A stretch of 37,649 bases of DNA from positions 1 to 37,649 of the forward strand of contig JAFWBJ010000005.1 in the NCBI GenBank assembly GCA_017507145.1. The letters run 5' to 3'. The notes below the pieces were generated by a model. It had not been told where the DNA came from and ran no database searches. It was given only the letters and a program-made list of their open reading frames with translations. Source of the stretch: Clostridia bacterium. Its GTDB lineage: Bacteria; Bacillota; Clostridia; Oscillospirales; CAG-272. The position numbers and the translations under genes are program-made. Each line of letters opens with the position of its first letter. Position 1 is the stretch's first letter. Shown one piece after another: positions 15,614 through 25,176 of the stretch.

Positions 15614-18517
15614 TTACAGGAAGTAGCCAATTCCGGTGCCAAGCATTGCCTTTGTGGGCGGCAAAGCCATGCCGAGCAGCCCACCATCGGCCGAACAAAG
15701 GGCCAAAATCGCCATCTGACCGTTGTGTGTCTCCTCCGCGGCGGCGATGATGCGTCCCTCCGCGGCGAGGGCGGTTCGCGCTTCCGGGGAGATAACCGGA
15801 CACTGCGGCGTATCGGCGAACAGATGCACGGCACGCCGGCCGAGCATGGACGGATCGATCCACGGTGAGGCGGCTGAGACGGTGATGCTGCTGAGCATGC
15901 GGATGCCGGTGCAGGGAGTGTTGGGAATGGCGCTGCCATCCGCCGAGAAATATCCCAGGTTAAGCATGGCGGCGAAGGCTTCGCCCCAGGCACAGATCAG
16001 CCCATCTCGGCGGCGCATGGCGGACAGCGCCTCCACTGTGCGGCGTTGGCCGAACAGAGCTGTGACAAAGGCGCGGTTGCCTGAAAGGAGCAGAATTTGC
16101 GCCTGCTCCAGCCGGTCGGCAAAAGCCGACAGCGATTGTCTCGCGGCGGTGGCACTGCGCAGATCGATGGCGCAGAGCAGGGGCTCACCCCCCTGGGCAG
16201 AGATGGCAGCGGCCAGCGCGGTGGGGATCCGGTCGGCATAAGGGATCAGCACGCGGGGGCGCATGACGCGATGCGCCGAGATGCGCGGGGGAGCGACGGT
16301 GCGATAAAGCGGGGGGATGGCGGCTGGCAGACCGGCGCAGAAGGCGGCACGCAGCTGATCGGTCGAGACAGTTTCCTCGCCCAGCGTGACGCCGTCACCG
16401 ACCGTGGTCTGCCCTAGCGCAATGGCGGCAACGCCCTCGGGAAGGGCAGGCAGTTCGGGAGCGGCGAGCAGAAAGCCGCAGGGAAAGACCGTATTGAGTG
16501 CATCGGCGGGTGCGGTGAGGATCAGGCCGAGGTGGGCGGCTGATGCGGCTGCCGCGGCGGCCGCCGAGGGAGCGAGCATACCGGTGGCGAAAATCGAATG
16601 GTCGGCCTTTCGCATGGCATCTGCCAGTGCAAGCAGTGCACGCTCACCGCGCAGATGGGGCTCAGGGGAGCGAGGGACGAGAAGCCAGAGTGTCGTATCA
16701 GCCCGAAGGGACGCGGTGCTCGTCTGCGGTGCAGGGGCATATGCAGAGACAGTGACCGCCAGGGTGTGGCCCGGACGCAGGTCAGCCGGAGCGGCGGGGA
16801 TGCCCAGTTCGATTTCCACGCAATGCAGGCCAAGCAGTGCGGCGATGGCACGGCCGCAATCCGATCGACCGGCCAACGGGAGTTCGGCTGACAGCGACAG
16901 CGTGACGGCCTGCGGCGATACACCGGCGGCACAGAGCCGGGCGATCAGGGCAAGTGCGCAGTCACGGACGGCGGCGAAGGGATCTTCGCCCGGTCGCACG
17001 GTATCGGCGCAGAGGAGCTTCTCGCCGCAGAGCATGACATCGGCCGGCGATGCGGCGAGTTGGGCTGCGGCGATGGGATCAAATCCAAGCCGGCCGGAGA
17101 GCGCGGGTGAGGCCAGCGAGGCCAGCATCAGCGGCAGAGGCGGGCGATCGGCGGGGACTTCTTCGGGGGTGGGGGTGTTGATCTGCGCATAGATCGCAGG
17201 GCGGGGCGCCAGCATGGCGGCCGGGAAGCAGAGCCGTTCGGGGGCATTTTCCAGCGTGATCTGCGGCTTTTTCTGCACGGCGGCAATCAGCCGATAGCTG
17301 AAGCCAAGCGTGCGGAGGGCATTGGTCATAGCCGGCCCCGAGCCGGGTGCGCAGGCCAGGAGGACAGCGTCGGTGTCGGGGGTGAGGTGTGCCATCAAGC
17401 CCATGCCGGCGGGGGGCGGGGTGATGGCAAGACCGAGCCCGCTCCCCCCCAGCATCTTGCCGAGCACGCCGATCAGCCTGCCTGCCGGAACGGGCAGACT
17501 ACGGCGGATTTTTCCGGCCAGTGCCGGGGATGCGCAGAGGCGGCTCAGCCTGTCGGCAAATGCGGTTTCGCTTCGGCCGGAAGAAAGAACCAGAAGCAGG
17601 CGATCGTCGGGCATCACGGATGCGGCAGGGCAGGGGGATGCAGACAGGCAGACCTTGGTCTGACCGGCAGGTGTGCCAAATCCGCCCATCGCCGCGCCGC
17701 CGAAGCCGGCAAGCCGCGCGGGGGAGTCGGCGGTCTGCACCGGCGGGACTGCTGCGCCGCGATGGGCGCAGAGATAGGCAGAAGCGGTATCGGCCAGCTC
17801 TTGCAGGGTAGCGGGGGCGTCAGCCCCCGGCGTGACGATGGCGCGCTTGGCCATCAGATCGGCATAGACGGTATGCAGGCGGGCATCGCTCGTGAGAAAT
17901 TCGACCGGTGCGCAGGCTGCCGGATCGGTCAGCGCTGCGCGATAGGCCTCATCCAGAATCAGCAGCTCCTCAGGCTGCGGCTCGCGGCCGAGCGCGCGGT
18001 AATGGTCGGCAATTATCGACAGGCATGCCGCCGGCAGAGCCAGCCCCCGGGCCGCGCCCCAGCCATCCAGCCGGTCATCCGAGAGCGCAATGAAATCGGC
18101 GACCGCCGCCGCAGACAGTGTGCGCGGTGCATGATCTTGCGCAGTTGGCGGGAGCAGGCGGGCGCGGGCGATGCGGTACTGCGCCTCATCCAGGCCGCAG
18201 AGCACGATGATGCGGCTCTGCCGCACCGCGGCATCGATACCGGCGGCGCGCAGGAGCATCGCGCGTCCCTCATCAGGCTCGTCGGGCAGGGAGACGCATC
18301 GCATATCCTCCCGCAGCGAGAGGGTGTCGGTCAGTTTTCCGCCCAGCGGGGCGAGCAGAGGGCGAAGGGTCTCGGCAGGGTAAGCCGATTCTACCGTGAG
18401 GCAGGTGATCAAGCGCAGGTCGCGCAGGGCGCTCAGCGCCGAATCAGCAGTCAGCGTGCGCAGAAGGGCGAGCGCTTCGGTGCGGTCGGCAGATTCAAAA
18501 AAGAGACAGGATTGCAT
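15614..18517 (-). CDS. Highly diverged PurL (FGAM synthase)-like protein, catalytic motifs absent
   Basis: 967-aa open frame, SD AAAGGA; colinear residual similarity to fused clostridial PurL (RGLAL...YRALGREP..EELLILD; GRAIAALLG...ELGIPA; RPRVLIP; RDGLI...FAAMLNLG; SPW; NG..AI....S.DG..LG; terminal G..YF). Confidence 0.7.
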   Translation of the reverse strand: MQSCLFFESADRTEALALLRTLTADSALSALRDLRLITCLTVESAYPAETLRPLLAPLGGKLTDTLSLREDMRCVSLPDEPDEGRAMLLRAAGIDAAVRQSRIIVLCGLDEAQYRIARARLLPPTAQDHAPRTLSAAAVADFIALSDDRLDGWGAARGLALPAACLSIIADHYRALGREPQPEELLILDEAYRAALTDPAACAPVEFLTSDARLHTVYADLMAKRAIVTPGADAPATLQELADTASAYLCAHRGAAVPPVQTADSPARLAGFGGAAMGGFGTPAGQTKVCLSASPCPAASVMPDDRLLLVLSSGRSETAFADRLSRLCASPALAGKIRRSLPVPAGRLIGVLGKMLGGSGLGLAITPPPAGMGLMAHLTPDTDAVLLACAPGSGPAMTNALRTLGFSYRLIAAVQKKPQITLENAPERLCFPAAMLAPRPAIYAQINTPTPEEVPADRPPLPLMLASLASPALSGRLGFDPIAAAQLAASPADVMLCGEKLLCADTVRPGEDPFAAVRDCALALIARLCAAGVSPQAVTLSLSAELPLAGRSDCGRAIAALLGLHCVEIELGIPAAPADLRPGHTLAVTVSAYAPAPQTSTASLRADTTLWLLVPRSPEPHLRGERALLALADAMRKADHSIFATGMLAPSAAAAAAASAAHLGLILTAPADALNTVFPCGFLLAAPELPALPEGVAAIALGQTTVGDGVTLGEETVSTDQLRAAFCAGLPAAIPPLYRTVAPPRISAHRVMRPRVLIPYADRIPTALAAAISAQGGEPLLCAIDLRSATAARQSLSAFADRLEQAQILLLSGNRAFVTALFGQRRTVEALSAMRRRDGLICAWGEAFAAMLNLGYFSADGSAIPNTPCTGIRMLSSITVSAASPWIDPSMLGRRAVHLFADTPQCPVISPEARTALAAEGRIIAAAEETHNGQMAILALCSADGGLLGMALPPTKAMLGTGIGYFL

Positions 18518-18542
18518 GGTTCTGATCCTTTCTTTGGGAAAA

Positions 18543-19856
18543 TCAGGCTTGGCAGCAGACGGCGATCAAGCTTTGCCCATCATGGCCGATGGGCTTGACC
18601 GGCAGTTCAAGACCGCGCAGGTCGCGTTCGGCGGCGACGCGGACGGGATAGAATGATGGGGTATGGCCCTGCGCGATGCCGTCTTGCTGGGTTTCAAAGA
18701 GCACGGAGATGGTGTCGCCGGCGGCAACGGCTTCGTCGAGCAGCAGGCGATGCATTTCGTCCTGCGCGGCAATCAGCGCGGCTGAGCGTGCACGCTTGAC
18801 AGGCTCTGGAATCTGCCCCGGCATGCCGGCAGCCTCGGTACCGGGCCGGCGGGAGTAGGCGAAGATGTGGGCGTCAAGGAAGCGGGCTTCGCGCAGGAAG
18901 GCAAGGCTTTCGGCAAAGTCGTCCTCAGTCTCCTGCGGGAATCCCACGATGATGTCGGTTGTGAGCCCCGCCTGTGGAAAGGCATCACGCAGACGGCGGA
19001 TGGCCGCGCGGGCCATGTCGGCGGAGTAGGGACGGCGCATCAGCCGCAGGACGTGGTCGGCGCCGCTTTGCAGCGAGAGGTGAAAATGCGGCGCGATCGA
19101 AGCGAGGGGGGCAATCTGCTCGACAAAGCGATCGCGAATCAGCGACGGATCAAGCGAGCCGAGCCGGATGCGGCCGATGCCGGTCTCACGGTCAAGATCA
19201 CGCAGCAGGTCGCCCAGACGATAGTCGCCCAGATCGCGGCCGTAGGCCGAGGTTTCGATGCCGGTCAACACCACTTCGCGGCATCCCGATTCGGCGAGAG
19301 CGCGCACCTCAGCGATGACGTTGGCCGGTGCTTTGGAGCGGATTTTGCCGCGCGCGGCGGGAATGATGCAGTAAGCACAGTGCTGCTCACAGCCGTCCTC
19401 GATTTTGACATAGGCGCGCGTGCGGCCAAAGCGGGTGATCTGCATGGCTTCAAAGGGCGCATCCTCCAGAGAGGAAACGGCGACTGTCGGACGCTCATTC
19501 TTGCATCCCTGCGCCAAAAGCGCCTCTGCCGCCCGCACCACCGAGAGCTTTTCGCGGTTGCCGCAGATATAATCGACCCCATCGATGGCGGCGATCTGCG
19601 CCGGATCAACCTGGGCAAAGCATCCGGTGACCAGAATCAGCGCGTGGGGATTCTGCCCGAGCGCGCGGCGAATGAACTGCCGCGCCTTGCGGTCACTCTC
19701 GGCGGTGACGGTGCAGGTGTTGATGATATACAGCGAGCAGACCTCGGTCGGGTCGCAGACCGTGATTCCGGCGCGCATCAGCGCTTCGGCAATCGCTTCG
19801 CTTTCGTATTGGTTGACTTTGCATCCCAGCGTGTAGATTCCGGCGGTGGCAGACAT
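18543..19856 (-). CDS. mtaB: tRNA t6A37 methylthiotransferase MtaB (radical SAM)
   Basis: TLGCKVNQYESE, INTCTVT, VTGCFAQ, RAYVKIEDGCEQHCAYCIIP (CxxxCxxC), HFHLSLQSG, DIIVGFP; ATG 19856 after AAAGGAG. Confidence 0.93.
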   Translation of the reverse strand: MSATAGIYTLGCKVNQYESEAIAEALMRAGITVCDPTEVCSLYIINTCTVTAESDRKARQFIRRALGQNPHALILVTGCFAQVDPAQIAAIDGVDYICGNREKLSVVRAAEALLAQGCKNERPTVAVSSLEDAPFEAMQITRFGRTRAYVKIEDGCEQHCAYCIIPAARGKIRSKAPANVIAEVRALAESGCREVVLTGIETSAYGRDLGDYRLGDLLRDLDRETGIGRIRLGSLDPSLIRDRFVEQIAPLASIAPHFHLSLQSGADHVLRLMRRPYSADMARAAIRRLRDAFPQAGLTTDIIVGFPQETEDDFAESLAFLREARFLDAHIFAYSRRPGTEAAGMPGQIPEPVKRARSAALIAAQDEMHRLLLDEAVAAGDTISVLFETQQDGIAQGHTPSFYPVRVAAERDLRGLELPVKPIGHDGQSLIAVCCQA

Positions 19857-19956
19857 GACGGCTCCTTTGCAGACAGTGTTTTTTCTATTGTAACAGGAAA
19901 TTGGGAAAAAATAAAGAGAGAATCTGTGAATTTCCGCAAGATTTTTGCTTTTCCTC

Positions 19957-19985
19957 TTGAAAAAACGCGGCATATGCAGTATAAT
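19957..19985 (+). promoter_or_regulatory. sigmaA promoter of upp
   Basis: TTGAAA-N17-TATAAT. Confidence 0.78.
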
Positions 19986-20025
19986 ATCATCGGATAGAAA
20001 AAAATACCCACAAAGGAGAATATTG

Positions 20026-20655
20026 ATGAGCGCTCTTCATGTTATTGATCATCCGCTGATTGCCCATAAGCTTTCGATTATGCGTGACAAAAATACCGGT
20101 TCGAAGGATTTTCGCGAACTGCTTAACGAGATTGCCATGCTGATGGGTTATGAGCTTACCCGTGATCTCCCGCTTGAGGATATGGAAATCGAGACTCCGC
20201 TGACCAAGATGACGGCGAAAACCATCTCGGGCAAAAAACTGGCCATTATCCCGATCCTGCGTGCAGGCCTTGGCATGGTGGACGGTCTGCTCAGCTTGAT
20301 TCCGGTGGCAAAGGTGGGACATATCGGCCTTTACCGCGACCCCGATACGCATGAGCCGGTTGAGTATTACTGCAAGCTTCCCTTTGATATCGAGGAACGC
20401 ATTGTCATTCTGGTCGACCCCATGCTGGCAACGGGCGGCTCTTCGAGTGATGCGCTGCGCATGCTCAAGGAAAAGGGCTGCCGCAATATCCGTCTGATGT
20501 GCCTGGTTGCCGCACCCGAGGGTGTGCAGAAGGTAATGGCTGACCATCCCGATGTAGACATCTACACCGCCAGCCTTGACGAGTGCCTCAATGACCATGC
20601 GTATATTGTTCCCGGTCTGGGCGACGCGGGCGACCGTATTTTCGGTACCAAATAA
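20026..20655 (+). CDS. upp: Uracil phosphoribosyltransferase
   Basis: [52 protein letters not shown]. Confidence 0.97.
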   Translation: MSALHVIDHPLIAHKLSIMRDKNTGSKDFRELLNEIAMLMGYELTRDLPLEDMEIETPLTKMTAKTISGKKLAIIPILRAGLGMVDGLLSLIPVAKVGHIGLYRDPDTHEPVEYYCKLPFDIEERIVILVDPMLATGGSSSDALRMLKEKGCRNIRLMCLVAAPEGVQKVMADHPDVDIYTASLDECLNDHAYIVPGLGDAGDRIFGTK

Positions 20656-20675
20656 CAAATTTTTGCAAACCGATC

Positions 20676-20708
20676 CGGGCGGCATTTGCTATGGGCAGAT
20701 GCCGCCCG
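20676..20708. other. Intergenic stem-loop between upp and the pseudouridine synthase
   Basis: CGGGCGGCATTTGC-N5-GCAGATGCCGCCCG (one G-U pair); no immediate T-tract. Confidence 0.55.
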
Positions 20709-20739
20709 AAAATTGGTTTTTCCCGAAAGGAGGCCTATT

Positions 20740-21699
20740 ATGCGCGAGCTGACCATTGGCCGCAACGATGCCGGACAGCGGCTGGATAAATTTCTGTCCA
20801 AAGCCTTGCCGGGCCTGCCGCAATCGCTGATGTACAAGTATATTCGTCTGAAGAAGATCAAGCGCAACCGCGCCCGAACCGCGCCCAACGAGCAGCTCGC
20901 TGAGGGGGATATCCTCCAGCTCTTCATCCGTGATGAATTTTTCGGCATGCCCGAGGATGACCGCGGTGCGTTGGATCGCATCGCACCGAAGCTGGAGATC
21001 TGCTATGAGGACGAGAACATCATGGTCCTCAACAAGCGCCCCGGTGTCCTTGTCCATCAGGATGAGCAGGGGGGCGAGAACACGCTGATCCTGCATATTC
21101 AGGCCTACCTCTACAACAAGGGTGAGTACGATCCGGATGCTGAGCAGTCTTTTGCGCCTGCGCTCTGTAACCGTATCGACCGCAATACCGGCGGTCTGGT
21201 GCTGGCTGCCAAAAATGCCGAGGCGCTGCGCGTGATGAATGAGAAGATCCGGCTGGGCGAGATCGGTAAGTTCTACCTTTGCGCCGTGCACGGCAAGCCG
21301 ATTCCGCCCAAGGCCACCCTCCATGGCTGGCTGATCAAGGACAGCGCGGCCAACACCGTCAGCGTCAGTGATCACCGCCGCCCTGGCGCGAAGGAGATCT
21401 TGACGCGTTACCGCACCCTCCGCACGGCAGGAGATGCCGCGCTGCTTGAGGTCGAGCTGCTGACCGGCCGCACGCATCAGATCCGCGCCCATCTTGCCCA
21501 CATCGGGCATCCGCTTCTGGGCGACGGCAAATACGGCGTCAACCGTGATGATCGCCGCCGAGGGTACAAATACCAGGCGCTGTACGCCTACCGCCTTTGC
21601 TTCAATTTCGCCGATGACGGCGGCCCGCTGGCCTACCTGCGCGGCCGCGAGGTGACGCTCGATCCCGAGCAGATTTGGTTCGTGCGTGACTTTTCCTAA
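20740..21699 (+). CDS. RluA-family pseudouridine synthase with S4 domain (RluC/RluD-like)
   Basis: GQRLDKFL, NKRPGVLVH, NRIDRNTGG (catalytic Asp), TGRTHQIRAH, GHPLLGDGKYG. Confidence 0.92.
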   Translation: MRELTIGRNDAGQRLDKFLSKALPGLPQSLMYKYIRLKKIKRNRARTAPNEQLAEGDILQLFIRDEFFGMPEDDRGALDRIAPKLEICYEDENIMVLNKRPGVLVHQDEQGGENTLILHIQAYLYNKGEYDPDAEQSFAPALCNRIDRNTGGLVLAAKNAEALRVMNEKIRLGEIGKFYLCAVHGKPIPPKATLHGWLIKDSAANTVSVSDHRRPGAKEILTRYRTLRTAGDAALLEVELLTGRTHQIRAHLAHIGHPLLGDGKYGVNRDDRRRGYKYQALYAYRLCFNFADDGGPLAYLRGREVTLDPEQIWFVRDFS

Positions 21700-21792
21700 G
21701 CGGCTTGCCTGAACGATTCGCTCTGCTGTCTGCGGCAGAAGCGACCCCGGACTTGATCTCCGAAAAATATTGTTCAACTGAAGAAAAATTCG

Positions 21793-21821
21793 TTGACAAT
21801 CATGTGAACGTGTGATATAAT
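21793..21821 (+). promoter_or_regulatory. Consensus sigmaA promoter
   Basis: TTGACA-N17-TATAAT with TG extension. Confidence 0.85.
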
Positions 21822-21860
21822 CATAATACAATACAAGAACGCATGAAAGGACGAAATCCT

Positions 21861-22319
21861 ATGGTAATGCTTGCGTTTGCCTTGGCGGTGGTGATCACCT
21901 TTATTGTCTGGATTCGCCGCCCCGAGCAAAGAATGATGATTCGCCTGAACTCCGAGCTGAAGATCTCGGCGGCCTACGCCAAGCCGGGCGAGGCGATGGA
22001 CATGACGGTGACGGTCACCAACGAAAAATCGACCGGTGTGCCGCTGCTGCGTGTTGATGTGGACCTGCCCGAGGAACTGGTTTTTGCCGGTGAAGAGCGA
22101 GATCTCCCCCGCCACCGCAGTCAGATGTGTTCGATCGGCCCGCACCAGACGCTGACCTTCCACTACCGCGTGATTGCTGACCGGGAAGGGATCGCTGTCG
22201 TAGAATCCCCCGAGCTGATCGTTTACGGCTTGATCGGTTCGATCGTGGATAATAACGCGGCAGAGCGCGGAAGAGTTGCCGCGCGAATTCGCGTCCGTGT
22301 CCCGCAGGAGGATGCATGA
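21861..22319 (+). CDS. Hypothetical protein, N-terminal membrane anchor plus beta-rich (Ig-like) domain
   Basis: ATG 21861 follows GAAAGGA; hydrophobic N-terminus; PGEAMDMTVTVTNEK and LTFHYRVIA..EG patterns. Confidence 0.65.
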   Translation: MVMLAFALAVVITFIVWIRRPEQRMMIRLNSELKISAAYAKPGEAMDMTVTVTNEKSTGVPLLRVDVDLPEELVFAGEERDLPRHRSQMCSIGPHQTLTFHYRVIADREGIAVVESPELIVYGLIGSIVDNNAAERGRVAARIRVRVPQEDA

Positions 22320-22388
22320 CAGAACGGATGCCGTGTCCGGCTGAAGGCACGGTGAACCAATTCACGCTTACGGAAAGGAAATACACGC

Positions 22389-23192
22389 ATGCACGATAAA
22401 CGCACCAAACGGATTCATCTTGCCGCTTCGGTCCTGCCCCCGCTGGCCCTCCTGATCAGTGCCGGCTATACGATCATGTACCGTCCGCTCGGCAAGACCG
22501 GCCGCTGGCTAATCCCGCTGCTTTGCCTGGCCTTCTTTGTGGCCGGCTATTACATCATGCGCCTGCAAGAGCGTATCTTCGGCTATGCCCGCGTCGACTT
22601 TGATGTGGATGATGGGTACAGCGAGACCACGCGCCAGTATGTGCGCAAACGCTATTTGATCGCCCCCGCGCTTCTGGCTGCCATCCCGGCCGGTATGATC
22701 TTCCCGCTGATCGAGAAGGAGATCGTCCGCCTGGTCAGGGAAGGGCAGCTTGAGTACATGGATGATGACTTTATCGCCCCTTGGCTGGTGTTCGGCTTCA
22801 TTGTTCTCTCGGCCGTCCTCGGCGCTTCTGCGCGGATGAAGCCCGGCAACATCGCGCTGAGCAAGTTTGCCGTTCTCTTCCATGCCATCTGCCATGCGGC
22901 GCTCTTTATCATCAACATTTTTATGGAGGTTCCCTCGGTCCTGCCGACTGCCCTGTGTGCTGTGGTCATGGTTGTCGCCCTTTTTGAGCTGAATACGGCC
23001 TTCGTTGAGGATATTTGCCGCAAAACGCGGGATGACACCAACCTGCCGACCATGCGCGAAACCAACTATCAGTATGTCAAGCGCATCGTGAAGAATTTTT
23101 TCTGGGTCTTCATCGTCCCCTTCCTGCTGACCTCGGCCTTTTCGGTGGTCTGGCAGTACCTGCTGGAGAACCGCCTCAATCAGCCGCTTTAA
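22389..23192 (+). CDS. Hypothetical multi-pass membrane protein
   Basis: SD GAAAGGA; about seven hydrophobic segments; codon style like neighbours. Confidence 0.75.
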   Translation: MHDKRTKRIHLAASVLPPLALLISAGYTIMYRPLGKTGRWLIPLLCLAFFVAGYYIMRLQERIFGYARVDFDVDDGYSETTRQYVRKRYLIAPALLAAIPAGMIFPLIEKEIVRLVREGQLEYMDDDFIAPWLVFGFIVLSAVLGASARMKPGNIALSKFAVLFHAICHAALFIINIFMEVPSVLPTALCAVVMVVALFELNTAFVEDICRKTRDDTNLPTMRETNYQYVKRIVKNFFWVFIVPFLLTSAFSVVWQYLLENRLNQPL

Positions 23193-23207
23193 CCGAATCC
23201 AAACCGA

Positions 23208-23246
23208 CGCACCGCCGAGAGGGCAATCGCTCTTTTTGGCGGTGCG
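23208..23246 (+). terminator. Possible terminator hairpin
   Basis: CGCACCGCC...GGCGGTGCG stem with inner G-U-rich extension; weak T-tract. Confidence 0.45.
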
Positions 23247-23364
23247 CCGCCTTTTCCTGCCGATGCCGCCTGGCAAAATTCTCGCCTGTCCCTTGTTTTT
23301 TGCGGCATTTTATGCTATACTGATAGCAGTTTTCCTTTGACGGAATCCGAGAGGAGGGTGTATC

Positions 23365-24354
23365 ATGATCGAACTGAACCGCATTTGTAAGACCTTCCGC
23401 GTTGCACAGAGAAGCGCCGGCATGCGCGAAGCCGCAAAGGCGCTGTTTCGTCGTACTTATTCCGAGATCCATGCGCTGCAGGATGTCTCCTTTTGCATCG
23501 GCGACGGCGAAATGGTGGGCTACATCGGCCCCAACGGCGCGGGGAAGAGCAGTACCATCAAGGTCATGAGCGGTATCCTCACCCCCGACTCGGGCAGCTG
23601 TGTCATCGACGGCTGCGTGCCTTGGCGTGACCGGCAGGCGCATGCCGCCAACATCGGCGTGGTCTTCGGCCAGCGCTCCCAGCTGTGGTGGGATGTGCCG
23701 GTCATCGATTCCTTTGAATTGATCCGCGACATTTATCGCGTGGATGAGGGGCTTTATCGGCAAAGCCTGGACGAGCTGACCGAGCTGTTGGACCTGTCGT
23801 CCATTCTGCGTACGCCGACCCGCCAGCTCAGCTTGGGACAGCGAATGCGCTGTGAGATTGCGGCATCCCTCATCCACCGCCCGCGCATTCTCTTTTTGGA
23901 CGAGCCTACCATTGGGCTGGATGCCGTCTCCAAGCTTGCCGTGCGCGATTTCATTCGCCGCATCAACCGCGAGCGCGGAACGACGGTCATTCTGACCACC
24001 CACGATATGCAGGACATCGAAGCGCTGACCGAGCGGATCATTCTGATCGGCCGCGGCCGGATTTTGCTTGACGGTACACTGGATGCCCTCAAAGCCCGGC
24101 ACTCGACGCTGCGGCAGATTACCGTCGCCTTCACGGCGGGGACGCCATCCCCCGCGGACCGCCCGCTTCCGGCCGGGTTTTCGCTGATCAGTGCCTCTGA
24201 AGACCGCGTCACGGTTGCGATCGATACCGAGATTGTTTCGGTTTCGGATGCCATCGAGGGCTTGACCCGCGGCGTTGACGTCCGCGATCTGTCGGTCGCG
24301 GGGCAGAGTACCGATGAGCTGGTCGTTTCGCTGTATGAGGAGTTCCGCATATGA
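23365..24354 (+). CDS. ABC exporter ATP-binding subunit
   Basis: GPNGAGKS, VFGQRSQLWWD, LSLGQRMR, FLDEPTIGLD, LTTH. Confidence 0.93.
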   Translation: MIELNRICKTFRVAQRSAGMREAAKALFRRTYSEIHALQDVSFCIGDGEMVGYIGPNGAGKSSTIKVMSGILTPDSGSCVIDGCVPWRDRQAHAANIGVVFGQRSQLWWDVPVIDSFELIRDIYRVDEGLYRQSLDELTELLDLSSILRTPTRQLSLGQRMRCEIAASLIHRPRILFLDEPTIGLDAVSKLAVRDFIRRINRERGTTVILTTHDMQDIEALTERIILIGRGRILLDGTLDALKARHSTLRQITVAFTAGTPSPADRPLPAGFSLISASEDRVTVAIDTEIVSVSDAIEGLTRGVDVRDLSVAGQSTDELVVSLYEEFRI

Positions 24355-25172
24355 CGGCCGGCCGTGGGCTCCGCCCGTATCTCAGCTTCTTTCGGATCCG
24401 CTTCCTCTGTGGGATGCAGTACCGTACCGCCGCGCTGGCCGGCATCGCCACCCAATTTGCCTGGGGCGCGATGAATCTGCTGGCCTATCGTGCCTTCTAT
24501 GCCGCCGATCCATCCGCTTTCCCGATGACGCTGGAGCAGATCAGCTGTTATGTCTGGTTCAATCAGGCCTTTTTGACGCTGTTTATGCTCTGGTTCCTCG
24601 ATGCCGACATTTTTGCCGCCATCCGCGACGGTGGGGTGGCCTATGAGTTGATCCGTCCGCTTGACCTCTACCGCATCTGGTTTGTCAAAAATCTCGCCAC
24701 CCGCGCCGCCAAGGTGACCCTCCGCTGCCTGCCGATTTTGGTGGTAGCCTGTGTTTTGCCGAAGCCGTACGGCCTGACCCTGCCGGTTTCTGCCGCAGCC
24801 TTTCTGCTTTTCCTTGTGACCATGCTGCTGGCGCTGGTGCTGGTGGTGGCCTTCTGCATGCTGATCTACATCACGACCTTCTACACCATGAATCCCCTCG
24901 GCGTGCGGATCGTCGCCACGTCGATGTGCGAGTTCCTCTGCGGCGCCATCGTGCCCATTCCCTTCATGCCCGACGGCCTGCGCCGGGTCATTGAGCTGAC
25001 GCCTTTCGCCGCTATGCAGAATCTGCCCTTCCGCATCTATTCGGGCGATATCGCGGGGACGGAACTGGTGCAGGGGATCGTCCTGCAGCTGTTCTGGATC
25101 GCCGCACTGATTCTGCTGGGGCGGCTGATGATGCGCCACGCCCTCCGCCGCGTGGTTGTCCAGGGAGGTTGA
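24351..25172 (+). CDS. ABC-2 type exporter permease
   Basis: MQYR, IRDGGVAYELIRPLD, GAIVP..FMP, C-terminal VVQGG; ATGA overlap. Confidence 0.88.
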   Translation: MTAGRGLRPYLSFFRIRFLCGMQYRTAALAGIATQFAWGAMNLLAYRAFYAADPSAFPMTLEQISCYVWFNQAFLTLFMLWFLDADIFAAIRDGGVAYELIRPLDLYRIWFVKNLATRAAKVTLRCLPILVVACVLPKPYGLTLPVSAAAFLLFLVTMLLALVLVVAFCMLIYITTFYTMNPLGVRIVATSMCEFLCGAIVPIPFMPDGLRRVIELTPFAAMQNLPFRIYSGDIAGTELVQGIVLQLFWIAALILLGRLMMRHALRRVVVQGG

Positions 25173-25176
25173 GCCG

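Noticed and set aside
15614-18517. Calling this ORF a functional purL or a pseudogene
   Set aside because: Catalytic motifs are missing, so not purL; the frame is intact over 2.9 kb despite extreme divergence, so not an evident pseudogene.
21803-21816. cre-like site TGTGAACGTGTGAT in the promoter spacer
   Set aside because: Right half does not fit the TGWAARCGYTWNCA consensus.
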